IMG/VR virus record: IMGVR_UViG_3300021400_000103
DNA from: a virus
Taxonomy: Duplodnaviria > Caudoviricetes
Reading direction: 5' to 3' (one strand)
Length of the DNA: 64,000 nt
The notes beneath the pieces were generated by a model. The model did no database searches. It had not been told where the DNA came from and saw only the letters and a program-made list of their open reading frames with translations. This document shows positions 39,586-51,847 of the stretch, in pieces. The translations under genes were made by a program, and so were the position numbers. How positions within the stretch are numbered: position 1 is the stretch's first letter; every line of letters starts with the position of its first letter.

Positions 39586-40674
39586 TTATTCATCAAATTT
39601 CATCAAGAACTTCGGACTAACAGCCTTAAATGATTGCTTACCATCTGCCGTTCTAAACACTATTCCTTCTCGTAAAGTGTCATATAACTTACTTGTTCCG
39701 GTTGCGTAATCAAGAACTTCATTCACCGTCATACCCTTAAGTTTTACCGCTGTATCAAGTATTGGAACAAATTTAAGCCCTTTACTTTCCATTAATTCCT
39801 TAGCTTCCACTGATCCAAGCCTACCCGACGGATAAATCACATTGAATACATATAACTCATATCCATCTATATGATATTTATTACCTTGAATCCCAGTACC
39901 GCAGCACTCACCCTGGATTGCAATCCATTCATTATCTCCAATCAATTCATTGAGTATCTGTTCTATATTATATTTCTCAGCTACCGACCAAAATGATGAA
40001 TTATCTTTTTTCCACTTCCTTAGATTACGACTACACACGGCGAAATCATAAGTTGTTTTATTCCACCAATGTTTTCCTTTTATTTTCTGTAATGTAAAGC
40101 TGCCGGACTGCCCATCGCATTTTTCTGTAGCTATCCATTCGATATCTAAATCAAGATAAAAAGGACAGTTTTGGATACGAGTTTCATCCGTTTTAGAAAT
40201 AAATGATGGGAAACCTCGTGCCTGTTTCTTTGGTAATACAAGATCTCTAAACCACTTAAATTTCATTAAGAATTTTGGATATCTCTTCTTAGGTTGATAG
40301 TCTTTTTCTTCAACCTCCTCTTTATCCATTGTTGGTTCGTACTGCGTAATCCCCATTACTTCTGTTACATCCTGCCCAATTTCGTAATCTCCTTCAGGAA
40401 GAAAAGAAAGAGGAAAGCATATACCTTGGGACACAACTCCCGACATCTTCATCGTCTTAATCCTAAACTTCTTACTTCTAAGAAATTCATACTCTGGCTT
40501 TTCAGGAAATACAGAATCAATTTCGCAAAATACTACCTTGTCTCCTACGTTAAAATCCGATTTCTGTACTATAACTTGCCAACCCAAAACTCCGGCTAAT
40601 ACAATTCGATCTTTACCTTCTATCGGAGTCATCCATTCTATTTTCTCTATATGCGCTAACGCTCTATCACTCAT
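39586..40674 (-). CDS. RNA ligase (DRB0094/Rnl2-like family)
   Basis: EIDS; KTDETRIQN; TEKCDGQS; QGE; REGIVF; SFKAVS. Confidence 0.88.
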   Translation of the reverse strand: MSDRALAHIEKIEWMTPIEGKDRIVLAGVLGWQVIVQKSDFNVGDKVVFCEIDSVFPEKPEYEFLRSKKFRIKTMKMSGVVSQGICFPLSFLPEGDYEIGQDVTEVMGITQYEPTMDKEEVEEKDYQPKKRYPKFLMKFKWFRDLVLPKKQARGFPSFISKTDETRIQNCPFYLDLDIEWIATEKCDGQSGSFTLQKIKGKHWWNKTTYDFAVCSRNLRKWKKDNSSFWSVAEKYNIEQILNELIGDNEWIAIQGECCGTGIQGNKYHIDGYELYVFNVIYPSGRLGSVEAKELMESKGLKFVPILDTAVKLKGMTVNEVLDYATGTSKLYDTLREGIVFRTADGKQSFKAVSPKFLMKFDE

Positions 40675-40985
40675 TTAGTTTTCTCCCCTTTAATTTCAAT
40701 GTATTTCTGAACATTATCAACAACATTGATCACAGCTATACCAATCGCCAATGCAGCGAGAATTGTTTTCACAAAATCATTTATAACTTTCTTCATAAAT
40801 CCAAGCTCCTTTCCGTCCACATCTCGCACATATCGTCAGGTTCAACCTCTACTACGAAAGTGCTAAAATCATCAACATCCTCACCACACCGAGTTAGACC
40901 AATACAACATGCCGTTTCCGTAAATCCCTTACCCTGGATAAACGTATGCTTAAGTTTATGATAGAATTTACAATTACCACATTTT

Positions 40986-41591
40986 TTATCCATTCAGTTC
41001 ACCGTCCTCAGTCTCCGGCACATGGTCGGTGGATTCACGATTAAGGATCTTGAAAGCTGGGCGAACCCCACCAGAGGTGGAAGCGTTGCTGTAGCTCGCA
41101 TTCCCGTTGCCGTTCACAAAAGCGAAGTAGGCAGGAAGCGCAACCGAACGCAACCACATATACTCATATGAACAACCTCGTCTTTCCGCAATACGATGTC
41201 TACGATTCTTAAAATATGGTATCTGACCATCGCAAGCGTCAAAGCCTTCATTTAATCCGCAGACCTCCTGTAATGACAGGAGCCATAGATAGTCTCCATG
41301 ATACCCCTCACAGAGCTGGACTCCGTACTTCTTCTTCATTTTCTTTGCGAACCTGTTTCCAAGTCCATGCAGATACTCCCTCATTTCTGACTTATCATAT
41401 CCGCCATCAGTTGTGTCAGTAGCATTCATTCGCCTTGCATCGTCCAGGAACTGATCAAAAACGAAAAGCATCTCGTCACCCTGCTGCTGAATTGCCGTAG
41501 CGGAGTATTTACTCCCATCAAATTTGAATTTTATCCGGTCGCCAATCTGAAAGTGATTGGTCTCGATTTTTATCTTACGATATACCTTCAT
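40986..41591 (-). CDS. DUF6273-like C-type-lectin-fold protein with a DGR variable-region-like C-terminus
   Basis: SEMREYL; LWLLS; WLRS...FAFVNGNGNASYSNASTSGGVRPAF. Confidence 0.7.
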   Translation of the reverse strand: MKVYRKIKIETNHFQIGDRIKFKFDGSKYSATAIQQQGDEMLFVFDQFLDDARRMNATDTTDGGYDKSEMREYLHGLGNRFAKKMKKKYGVQLCEGYHGDYLWLLSLQEVCGLNEGFDACDGQIPYFKNRRHRIAERRGCSYEYMWLRSVALPAYFAFVNGNGNASYSNASTSGGVRPAFKILNRESTDHVPETEDGELNG

Positions 41592-41662
41592 TTTTCCTCC
41601 TTATCTGCTTCTATTATTGTTTCTGCATCATATATTGTCTGGAATTTTAACAACTATCTCCA

Positions 41663-44600
41663 TCACTCTATATCTCCTTCTGCCTTGTTTCTTTTATAAT
41701 TCCCACAGTTAGGACAATAATCGTAGTCGTAGATGCTTGCTCCCGTTTCAGCATCATAACTAAACTCTTCACCACAACGAGAACAAACCCACATATCTAA
41801 TGTTTTATCACCATATATATAGTGTCTTCTTGTCCAATTACCGTTTGGATGAAGTGGTGTGCCATTTTTTAGAGCATTTTCAAGTATTTCATCATCCATG
41901 ATATTCAGCGTTCTATGGGTTTGAATTATTTTGTATATTCTATCGGGAATTTCAATTACTATCTTCATCAACGTTTACCTCCCCAATAATGTTCCAAAAG
42001 TTAACTCCTGTCGTTTTCGCAGAATCAGCTATATATTGCTTAACACTTTCCCTTTCTTCCTCGGTGGCATCTCTCATATTAAACATCAAAGGTCTTTGAT
42101 TGATAACAGCATCTACTACTAACGATTGGAAGTATATACTGAGTCCATTTAATATTTCTCTATCTCTTTTCAACTCATTTAACCACTCCGCAAGCTGTCT
42201 AAAATCAAGGCACCCTTGCAGATTACCATGTGTGCGCTCATATTCTGCATTGTTTTTATATCTTTCAATCGCTTCATCAAGTGTCATTCTTCCACCTCTA
42301 TCTTTGCACCGCAGTTAGGACAATAATGATACAAAGAAATAACATCTTTTTCATTCTTATCAGCACATTCAATTACAATACTCCTGCACTCTGAACAATG
42401 CCAATTTCCAAATTTAGGATTATAGTCATATTGTACCCATTCCCAATGTCCCGGCTTTCTCTCCGGCACTTCGGAAACAATAGTCTTATTTCCAACAACT
42501 GACACCTCATATATACCGCTCTTATGAAAAACAATTCCTGTGCATACTTCATATTGGGATTCTGTTTTGTTTTCAAAAACAATAGGTTCTTTGACAGAAA
42601 TGTATTCTTCATTGCCTCCTATGAATTCAGCCATTCTTATACCTCCATCTTTGCACCGCACGCACAGCAATAATCCTGTGATGTATCTCCTGCAAGTTTT
42701 CCACATTCAGAACAATAAGGTTCATCAGCCTCATATCTCTCCAACACTGATATGGTATGTGTTTCTCCCATCTCGTCCTGTCCTGTATAACGTTTTACCG
42801 CATTATGAGTTTTATGTTTCATTACCCAATGCCCCGTCTTTGGTTGTGGTGTAACGGGTTGTAACGCTTTGATATCATCACGCATTTGCCAAAATTTTGT
42901 TGCTCCCATATGTTCTGCATATTTTGCTTGTACTTCAAGTACCGCCTGTCTGCTGATACAATCTCCACATTTCTTACGATTTTCATAGTGTGTTTTCAAA
43001 AGCCACTCTAAATGCTCAAAATCCTTTTCTGTCGGAAGTGCCACAAGTGCAATCAATTCGTCATGATCCGCTTTGTGAAAAGCATCGATCAATTTTGTTC
43101 TGTATGCTTCAACTGTCATACAATCTCCACACTTCTCCGGCTCGACAGATTTCGCATTGTTAATCATGTCAAAAACCAAACTGAGATTGCAGGCATCGCA
43201 CATAGACTTTCTCTGTATTTCGCTATAATCACAAGTGTTGTTACATAAATTGTTTAGTTTTTTGAGCATATCTTTTCGATTTATACAATCTCCACACTTC
43301 TCCGGCTCGACAGATGGAAGTTTTTCCAAATCACGGACAAAAATAACTTCCTCATAGTGGACGTCCTCACCATTTATCACAGGCGCAATCGGTGCGATGG
43401 TCTTTAGACCAAGAACTGCTTCTCTGCTGATTAAATCACTCATCATCCACCTCCAAATTAATACCTTTCAACACTTCCAATGTCCCCTCATAATGCTCAA
43501 CAGCCTTGTCTATGTCGACAGGATTTCCGTCTAACTTATCCTCTCCTTCTGCCTTGTATGGTTCTGGCAATTCCATCCACGCTATAGGTGTTTGCGAGAC
43601 GTACCAAAATCTCTCTCCTGTATCATCTTTCATTCCACACGCATCCATAGTAACTGTAGGTACGCCACCGCCGTTATCTGTGACAAACACATCCACATCT
43701 ACTTCGGGAAGTCTCTCGCTAACAGAAATCCACCTTGTCTGTTCTAATGCTTTGATAACTGTATTACAAAAATCAACCATCGTTTCACTTTCACACTTAA
43801 AGTCTGTAATCAATCCTTGTGCTATTCTTATCGCTTCTTCCCTTGTCATACTTTCCCGCTTTCTGCTTTGCACTTGCCATGCAATTCTTCCAACTTCCAA
43901 ACCTATTCACAACTTAAACCAATATCAAGAAATCTTAATATCGTCCCGTCCTCAAATATATATTTGAATATCATTCCTTACCCTCCAAATGGTTCGTAAC
44001 TCTTTTTTACAAAATCCAACTTATGCTTACCATCCGAATTACGGAAAATACGCATATTCATGCCCTTAATACGGGTCACAAGTGCATCATACTGTTGCTT
44101 CTCCGCAGGATCGGTTTTACCTAATCTATAGTGCTTGTCAAGATCCTCAACAAGACCACTCTCTAATCCTGTCATAAAGGCATTGAAATTCCTTTTCTGT
44201 TTTGCTTCCTGCGCCTGCTTAAACACACCATATAAATCTTCGTACTTATTCATTATCCTCGCTTTCTGTTCTCATATATTGAGCAACTTTTTCAAAAAAC
44301 CATTTTCTATCGATATGTATTTTATCAGCTTCATATGCAATCTCGTAATATAGCATTTCGGCCAAATCTTTTGCTTTTTGCTCCGCTTCTACTATCCATG
44401 CTTCTTTCATTTATTCCTCACTTTCCCCGTACACTTGCAGACTTCCATCGGAGTTGTATAGTGGTGTTATGCTTCCTTTGTAACCACCTTTCCATATTAA
44501 GTATTTCACTTTTGTGTCGTTGGCGTATACTATCTCATATATATTTGCCCCATCATTCCACTTTTTAATCGATGTGAAATATCCTCCGCCTGTTGTCTTT

Positions 44601-45386
44601 AATGTATCTTCCGCATCTTCATATCTTGTTCCACATCCTGTTAGCAACAGACATACGCACAATATTGCAATTATTCTTCTCATCACTATTTCTCGCTTTC
44701 TGCCCAGTAGAAATCACAATGACTTCTAACTATTCCAGACTGAAATATACATCCATTGTTTATGCAAGAATCACATAGACTCCTTTCAATAACAACGACA
44801 TCTTTTATCATTTGCCGTATGCCTTCTTCCTCGCTTTCTGCCTTATATGTTTCTATGAAGAATGGCATCCATGCTTTTACAAACCAATTCTTATACCAAC
44901 ACCCATTTCTTGCATAATTTTGAATGCATTTGCTGTTCCAAATAAGATCATGTACTTTTCCAGTTGCGGTGCTGATAAATACATGTTGACCATCTTGTGG
45001 ATACTTATTTCTTCTCATTGGAATCCATTCCGGCGAAATTTCTCGCTTGATAGGTTTGTATCTTTCTATTGCTTTTTCTATTGTTACAAGAGCAAATTTG
45101 ATACCACTTGCCCAGTCTTTACTTTTTGCTTCATCAATGCAATGAAGTAAATAATTCTTTGCTTCTGGATATGTCATTTCTGCCTTCATCATTTTTTCTC
45201 ACTTTCCGCCATATCTAACTTATACCTCAACTCCAAATATCTCCGTTTCCAACGCTTTGCTTTCTTTCTGGCTTTGCGGAGTTGTTCCTGAAGCTCGATT
45301 GTAATAGTATCATCAGAAACAATTATCTCATTATCTTCAGTGACAGCTTCAGAACCAACGTAAAAATGCTCTCCAAAAATACTCAT
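41663..45386 (-). other. Block of small mosaic ORFs (zinc ribbons, DUF551-like, lipoprotein 44411..44686)
   Basis: CxxCG, WISVSERLPE and DCISRQAV modules; LLTGC lipobox. Confidence 0.6.
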
Positions 45387-45848
45387 GAACTCCCATAACT
45401 GAAAATGAATCTATCCATCTTGATCTTCTATCTTTTTTAACCTGATTTTACTTAAACCCAGGTAATCTGATAAAGATCCATATTGACTACGCAAGTAGTC
45501 TTCATAAATTTTATTACCAAGATCTGTAAGTTTAACTTTTATAATGTGGTTAAGATTTATTTTCATAATCTACCTCCAACTGATTCTCGTATAATCTCGG
45601 TCAATAAAACGCTCATAAGAATAATTATTATCCTTTAACCATTGTTCAGTAGTGTCATATAAAGAGGCCGCATACCTGTCATAGACACAACAACTGTTAC
45701 CATGTTTTACACTATATTTAATCAAGCGTTTTACTTCCTTTAATTCTGCTTTAGCCTCTTTTTTCTTCCATTTTTCATAGTTAGTAATACTAAGCATTTG
45801 TGCTCTCGCTGCATCCATCTTTAATCAACCTCCTTATAAAACCGAGTT

Positions 45849-46397
45849 CTATCTACTATGAAAATACGGGAACTGAATCCACACATCATTTCGTCCGTTG
45901 TTGTATTCTTCCACATTAACTATAATGTCATCACCAGAATGCTGCATGTGTACTTTATCATATTTCTCTTTCAATGCTTTTCCGACAAATTCCCTTAATT
46001 CATCTACATTTTTAGGTATCGGCTTTTTAGGTTCTTCTTTTTCTTTGTCAGCATAAAATTTCTCGATATCAAACCATTTATCTTTCGTGATATGACCTAT
46101 ACATTTAACAGTGCTTCCCCATCCAGCATCACGAACTCTAACATACTTTCCAACCAATCCTTCCCATGTATCAGATTCTAATGTATCCATGATCCGCATG
46201 ATGCACTCCATACCAGATGCAGAACCTTTGAATTCCTTTGCACCAACATAACCATGTCCCAGCACATACCCTCCAAAGTTACATCCAATTCCGCTACCAT
46301 CAATCGTAATGCCGAACGTCAAGCATCCGTGATCCGCCATTGACAATGATACGTTTGTTATTTTACCGTTCCATGTTTTGAAATCTAAATCTCTCAT
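45849..46397 (-). CDS. Conserved phage hypothetical protein flanked by a 21-bp direct repeat
   Basis: DHGCLT...FGGYVL...WEGLVGKYVR. Confidence 0.65.
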   Translation of the reverse strand: MRDLDFKTWNGKITNVSLSMADHGCLTFGITIDGSGIGCNFGGYVLGHGYVGAKEFKGSASGMECIMRIMDTLESDTWEGLVGKYVRVRDAGWGSTVKCIGHITKDKWFDIEKFYADKEKEEPKKPIPKNVDELREFVGKALKEKYDKVHMQHSGDDIIVNVEEYNNGRNDVWIQFPYFHSR

Positions 46398-48332
46398 TTT
46401 TATACCTCCTTATAAAACCGAGTTTTTATTGGGTTCTTCTAGAAGAAAATCATTGAAATTCACATCAGTTTCTTTGGAAATGCTTTCAATGTATTGATCC
46501 ACTCCTTCAGATTCTTCCTGTGTAGCATCTCGCATTTCTTCCAGATCAATAATCGGTTTGTGTTTCTTTATTCTCGTGATATGTAATGTGACTTTCTTTT
46601 TCATTTTATATCTCCAACAATAATGGTTTTATTTGGTTATGATTTTTAGATGTCGTTATCAGATTCATGATACCAATCGCAAAAACCATCTTTTATACTT
46701 TTATGTTCTTTGATACAATAATTGTATAGAACGATAATGAACCATGTTGTCCATATAATTGTTGGAATAATAATATAAATCATTGTTCTGTGCTCCTTAA
46801 CGCTTTTATGGTATTATGTTATTTACTGATTTAAAATGTCCTTTTAAGTTACTTAGCAATTATTGACCATTGCGTCTCTAACAGGCGTTTCTCGCGGTTC
46901 AAAGCAGTTATGGACTTCTCTTGCGTCTACTTCGCAATTCCATTTTCGACAACGATCATAATACCATTCGTAATGCTTGCAATCATCGCAATTCATAAGT
47001 GTCCTTTCTGTAAATGTCAGCATTTGATAACGCTTTTATAGTGTTAAATATTTAGTATTCTACACCAAGTTTTTCCGCAAGCTCATATAATTCGTTTGAT
47101 GAAAAATCCTCAATATATCCATACACATTACTATTATTTTCTAACGCATTTAATAGATTCCTGAAATTTTGAAACATAATAGACAATACAACCTTTTCCT
47201 GGGGTGTATATTCGATGCTCATCTGTCTATACCTCCTCAACGCTTTTATGAGGTTATTAAACTAACTATTTTCGGTTTGAAGATCCTTTATGCCAGATAT
47301 GATTTTATTCATGCAATTATCACATATATCCATTTTGTGATATGTCATATCGACAAAAAACAACCTTTTTTTTATCTTATAACCAATATGTCTACGGCAT
47401 TCAATATAATCTCCGCAAATATCACAAATTTTTGTTTTAATTTTCATATTCACCTCCGATTTCATACTGTCCCTGACAAATTGATCTTAATCTCTTCGTT
47501 AAGTCATCATCTATTTCGTCAAATAGTTTATTCATTTGATCAAAATTTATACTTCCTTTAAGAAATTGCAGTAATACATTATTTATTTGTCTACATGCTT
47601 TATCACATTCTTCTTCAACTCTTTTACATAACCATTGTTCATGTGTCATTTTTTTCATATAGTATCACCTAGTTTCTATTTTCAACATACTTCTATAAGC
47701 ATCTGATACATAGTTATACACAATCTATATTCCTACATCGTCTATTACCTTCTGTATCTTAGCCGTATTTATTCGCCGGATATATTCTTCACTCGGTTCA
47801 TAACCGTTGCATTGTCCGTACTTATCACAAGCAGCCTCAGACGGAATATCAAAATGAATATGATTATCCCAATCAACGAAGTGATGACCGCAATCTCCTT
47901 TGAAATGAGCGCAGTTTTTACATTCTAAGTCCATAACCCCTCCTATTATCTTCTCTCATGCCTAAAAAACTTAACCCCACACCCAGGGCAGAAATTAGAA
48001 TTATTTGTGGAACGATTTGCCTTAAATTAGCATCCGCAGAGTTTACACCTATAATATCTGTTATAAGAACCTTCGATATATTCGCAGATAGCTTCTGGAT
48101 TATGCTTAGTAATATCCGGTCGCTCAGGTTCTATAAACTCCATAAAATGATCCAGATAATCTCCTGCATACTCAATATGTTCCCGACAAAAATATGCGGG
48201 ATATCCATTCTTATGAGCGACAATATGCGGATCATATTTGTCAATCTGCTTAAAGCATACATTACACCGCCTTAGTGTATTGGCTAATAATTCATCGAAT
48301 TTATCCATATTTTCTTCCCCTTAAATTCTGAT

Positions 48333-49310
48333 TCAGTTCCTCTTCTCTCCTTTATCCTTCAATGCTATTAACGCGTTACCACAAGTTATTCGATCCGAGT
48401 CCTCTTCTTCACTAGGCACAAATACAATTACATCCCACCCAGCTTCAACTAAAGGACGTTCGAATTTTTCATAAATATTGAAATCCTTCACAATCTCATA
48501 GTGATTATTGACTGCCTCTACTGTTTCATGAATAGGAGTAATCTTCACAATGCATTTAGATGGATCAAAAAAACGATTCATCATGTCCGGATCAAGAACA
48601 GATTCGGATGTTACGGCAAAATTAAGTGTAAACTTTCTTTTTAATGGATTTGGAAGTTCTTTAATAATGTTGCTAATTTCCTGCAATGACAATGACCTAT
48701 TTCTAAACATGGTATTTCTATCCGATTCAACAAGCGTATTAATTGAAAACTGTAACCCAAATCCATCTTCACTACCGTAGTGGTATCCAGTCACAATCCA
48801 TGATTGAAGAAATTGCTTAAGGTTAGTGTATCCCTTAGGCATCATCGTTGATACCACGGGGTGATATTCCTTAAACATTTCATGCCCTGGTCTGCGAACA
48901 ATGTTTGCTATATCTACTGCGGCATCAATTACTCCGAAGTTAAAGGTTGGTTCGCCCATTCTAGCAAAATGGACATTGAGTCTCTGACCTTCCTGTATCC
49001 CAGACAAAGCAATACCTGACATTATTTCATGGACTAATTCCGTCCTTGATACATTCCCATAGAATCCATACTTAGGACAATCACAGAAATCACAATCCAT
49101 GCAACATCCTTTTTGTGACGATACTGTTACAACCAACTTATCGGCTAGATTTACAGGTTTATGATCCACTTTATCAATCCGTTTGGTATAACCAAGAAAA
49201 TCTGCTTTGATATTGTTTTCTTTTCCGTAATCACCTACGTACAAATATTCAAGTTTCAGATCAGTATCCGAGACTATTTTGCCAGTATGTGTTTCTGTAA
49301 TTGTCCTCAT
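48333..49310 (-). CDS. RlmN/Cfr-like radical SAM enzyme
   Basis: VSSQKGCCMDCDFC; ARMGEP; LQFSINT; C-terminal ITCG. Confidence 0.8.
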   Translation of the reverse strand: MRTITETHTGKIVSDTDLKLEYLYVGDYGKENNIKADFLGYTKRIDKVDHKPVNLADKLVVTVSSQKGCCMDCDFCDCPKYGFYGNVSRTELVHEIMSGIALSGIQEGQRLNVHFARMGEPTFNFGVIDAAVDIANIVRRPGHEMFKEYHPVVSTMMPKGYTNLKQFLQSWIVTGYHYGSEDGFGLQFSINTLVESDRNTMFRNRSLSLQEISNIIKELPNPLKRKFTLNFAVTSESVLDPDMMNRFFDPSKCIVKITPIHETVEAVNNHYEIVKDFNIYEKFERPLVEAGWDVIVFVPSEEEDSDRITCGNALIALKDKGEKRN

Positions 49311-49324
49311 ATTTTTACCTCCTA

Positions 49325-49723
49325 TTACTCGTCATCATCCTCGGCATCTGCCGTAGTCAGCATAGCCTGAAGTTCCTCAACGGACTTCTCCTTAAGAGCC
49401 GCATCCTGCTTATCAGCCATAATTTCGAGAATACGCTGATTCTGCATTCTCTGTGCCGCAGCCTTCTTAGCACGATCACTTGCAGCGAGTTTATCAGCAA
49501 CTATAATCTTGATAATTTCAATCTTGTTATTGAGTTCCTTATCCTCTTTGGATACAGCCTGTAACAAAGACTCCTCAGATGCATTTCTCTGCTGAGATTT
49601 CAGCGACTTAAAAATCTTATCCAAATCCTCTACGCTCAAATCCCACAGATCCTCTACGGAAATAAGACCTCTGTAGTTAAAACGATACTTCTTCTTCACC
49701 GCTACCTTAAACAAATCTGCCAT
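49325..49723 (-). CDS. Conserved large-phage coiled-coil protein
   Basis: KYRF...GLISVEDLWDL. Confidence 0.65.
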   Translation of the reverse strand: MADLFKVAVKKKYRFNYRGLISVEDLWDLSVEDLDKIFKSLKSQQRNASEESLLQAVSKEDKELNNKIEIIKIIVADKLAASDRAKKAAAQRMQNQRILEIMADKQDAALKEKSVEELQAMLTTADAEDDDE

Positions 49724-49743
49724 TTTAGTTTCCTCCTTTGATA

Positions 49744-51810
49744 TTAAAATTTTATTTTAAGGATGCGCTCTGTAGCACCCTTAACTTTTACTACAAGTTC
49801 GTTCCGTACTGTTGAACTAAATCCAATGCCGGACAACTGATCACTAGTTTCTAATACATGTGCTTTCATTGACAACGCTTCCAATACTTTACGATGTGCG
49901 GGATAGAGTTCGTTATTTAAGAACTCCGAATACCAAGCATTAGGCAACTCCGGATTTACGCAATCCTTCAACATAAAGAAGTAATGCTTATTACCAATTC
50001 CGTTCTGTTCATCCCAATAGTTAGGTGAATAACATACAACTGTTACAGGAGTAAATGTGTTGGTGTGTACACCCCATACTTCTTTTGACGCACAGTTGGA
50101 AGGAAGTGATTCTTTTATAAGGAACTGCCCGTTCTTAAGTGTCACCTCTGCCACTTCTACCTTTTCACCAGTACGCATACCATGCGGATAATCAAAGGAA
50201 TAGATGTTACCATCAAACTCAATCTCAGCTCTAAACCCTTTCTTTACGCTACCAGAAAACTGATGAACAAAGAATTTATATGAACCATCCCGCATAGTCT
50301 TTCTGTTAGCCCAAGTAATGTTTTCAACGGCAACATCTTTTCCAGGATGAATGATATCTACATCTAACTGACCCTTTGTGGGTGAATAAGCGGGTTTTCT
50401 ACCATTACAATAATAGATTTCAAAACCGCTGGGTTCTATACAGTGTGCATCAAGATCACAGTCGTCTACACCTTCTTCGTTCCACTGAATAGAAAACCGG
50501 AGATCCCCATCCACTTTACCGCCCGCAGACTTTACTCTTTCCTTCATGGAGTCCGTCAGATTACCGGCATATGCCCAAGAGAAATTATTATTCCACTTAA
50601 ACATAGTTTTGGAATCCTTGTGAACCGGAGCAATCAGCGACATAAAATTAGGGATATGCTTGCTTTCCACATATGCTTCAATTTCAGAAACAGTAGGCAG
50701 AACATCTGCAATAAATTTGTCAATACTGATTTCCTCAACTCTATCGAACTTTTTAGGATTAGGCTTTGTCTCTTTTTCAAGTTCATCGAATAATGATGCA
50801 GCACCAGCCATGCGCTTTGCGGTATCACGATTACTGAACAATATATTATTGACAGTAATATCATCAACATTTGCATATCTTCGTTGCAACGAATCCAGAT
50901 AACCAAGTTCTGTAATGGTTTTCTGTGCATCCTCAAGCATCTTTTTTGTAAAGATAGGCTTTGAACGCTTATAATTAGTCGGAGCGGTAACTGACTCATA
51001 TCTCTTTACCGCTTCTTCCAAATCCATATCCTCAGATACATCAATAAGGAGAGTTCCAATCGCAGTATTGCGGATCTTGGCTACCGATTCGGGAAGTGTA
51101 AATGCCGTTTCCCACGCATATTTATCTCTATCCTCTTCCACCAAAGTATCGTAGAACTTCTTATGCGTTCTGAACTGCTGGATCATACTCTTGTATTCAT
51201 CTCCCTTGTATAAACTGCCTTGATTAATGAGATCAAGTACAGTATCTACGGCTTCCAGTTTCAGTTCATCGAGCGAACGCTTATATACATGCTGAATATC
51301 TCGGTAGTGGCTACGCTGCGTATCAATTGTATCGATGCTATAATTATTTCGTTTAGTCCATACAAACTTTGATGGTACGATATAATAGAAATGATCCCAT
51401 GTAATACTATTGCAATCTTCATCCAACATAAAATTGCGTTCTGTACCGTAATGAGCATCCTTAGTGATAAAAACATCCCTAATAGGACAGCTCTTTACAT
51501 AGTCAGACATAGCCTTGAGTACAGCGTTCCATTTTGGATCAGAAGTTTCACAATCCCATACTGTAGTAATATTTCCGTTTTTCAGTTCTACTACATTACC
51601 GATCCCCTTAATAAAATGCCGACAACAAGAACAGTCATACTCTCGTCTTGTTCGGTATATCGGGTTATCTGCTGCCGGAATTGTATCGAGATACACCTCC
51701 CAAAGTTTGTCCTTGTCAAGATCAACCTCAAACAGTTTGTTGTTCTCGTCACACATCCTTGCCAGCTGTGTCCTTACTGCATCTCTGATTGTTGTAAATG
51801 TTAAGCTCAT
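49744..51810 (-). CDS. Conserved large-phage protein (YfaP-like DLDAH domain)
   Basis: YDCSCCRHFI; LRFSIQWN...DLDAHCIEP...LDVD...VENITW. Confidence 0.7.
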   Translation of the reverse strand: MSLTFTTIRDAVRTQLARMCDENNKLFEVDLDKDKLWEVYLDTIPAADNPIYRTRREYDCSCCRHFIKGIGNVVELKNGNITTVWDCETSDPKWNAVLKAMSDYVKSCPIRDVFITKDAHYGTERNFMLDEDCNSITWDHFYYIVPSKFVWTKRNNYSIDTIDTQRSHYRDIQHVYKRSLDELKLEAVDTVLDLINQGSLYKGDEYKSMIQQFRTHKKFYDTLVEEDRDKYAWETAFTLPESVAKIRNTAIGTLLIDVSEDMDLEEAVKRYESVTAPTNYKRSKPIFTKKMLEDAQKTITELGYLDSLQRRYANVDDITVNNILFSNRDTAKRMAGAASLFDELEKETKPNPKKFDRVEEISIDKFIADVLPTVSEIEAYVESKHIPNFMSLIAPVHKDSKTMFKWNNNFSWAYAGNLTDSMKERVKSAGGKVDGDLRFSIQWNEEGVDDCDLDAHCIEPSGFEIYYCNGRKPAYSPTKGQLDVDIIHPGKDVAVENITWANRKTMRDGSYKFFVHQFSGSVKKGFRAEIEFDGNIYSFDYPHGMRTGEKVEVAEVTLKNGQFLIKESLPSNCASKEVWGVHTNTFTPVTVVCYSPNYWDEQNGIGNKHYFFMLKDCVNPELPNAWYSEFLNNELYPAHRKVLEALSMKAHVLETSDQLSGIGFSSTVRNELVVKVKGATERILKIKF

Positions 51811-51847
51811 TTTTAATTCCCTCCTTTTGCCTTTTGCATTATATTTA

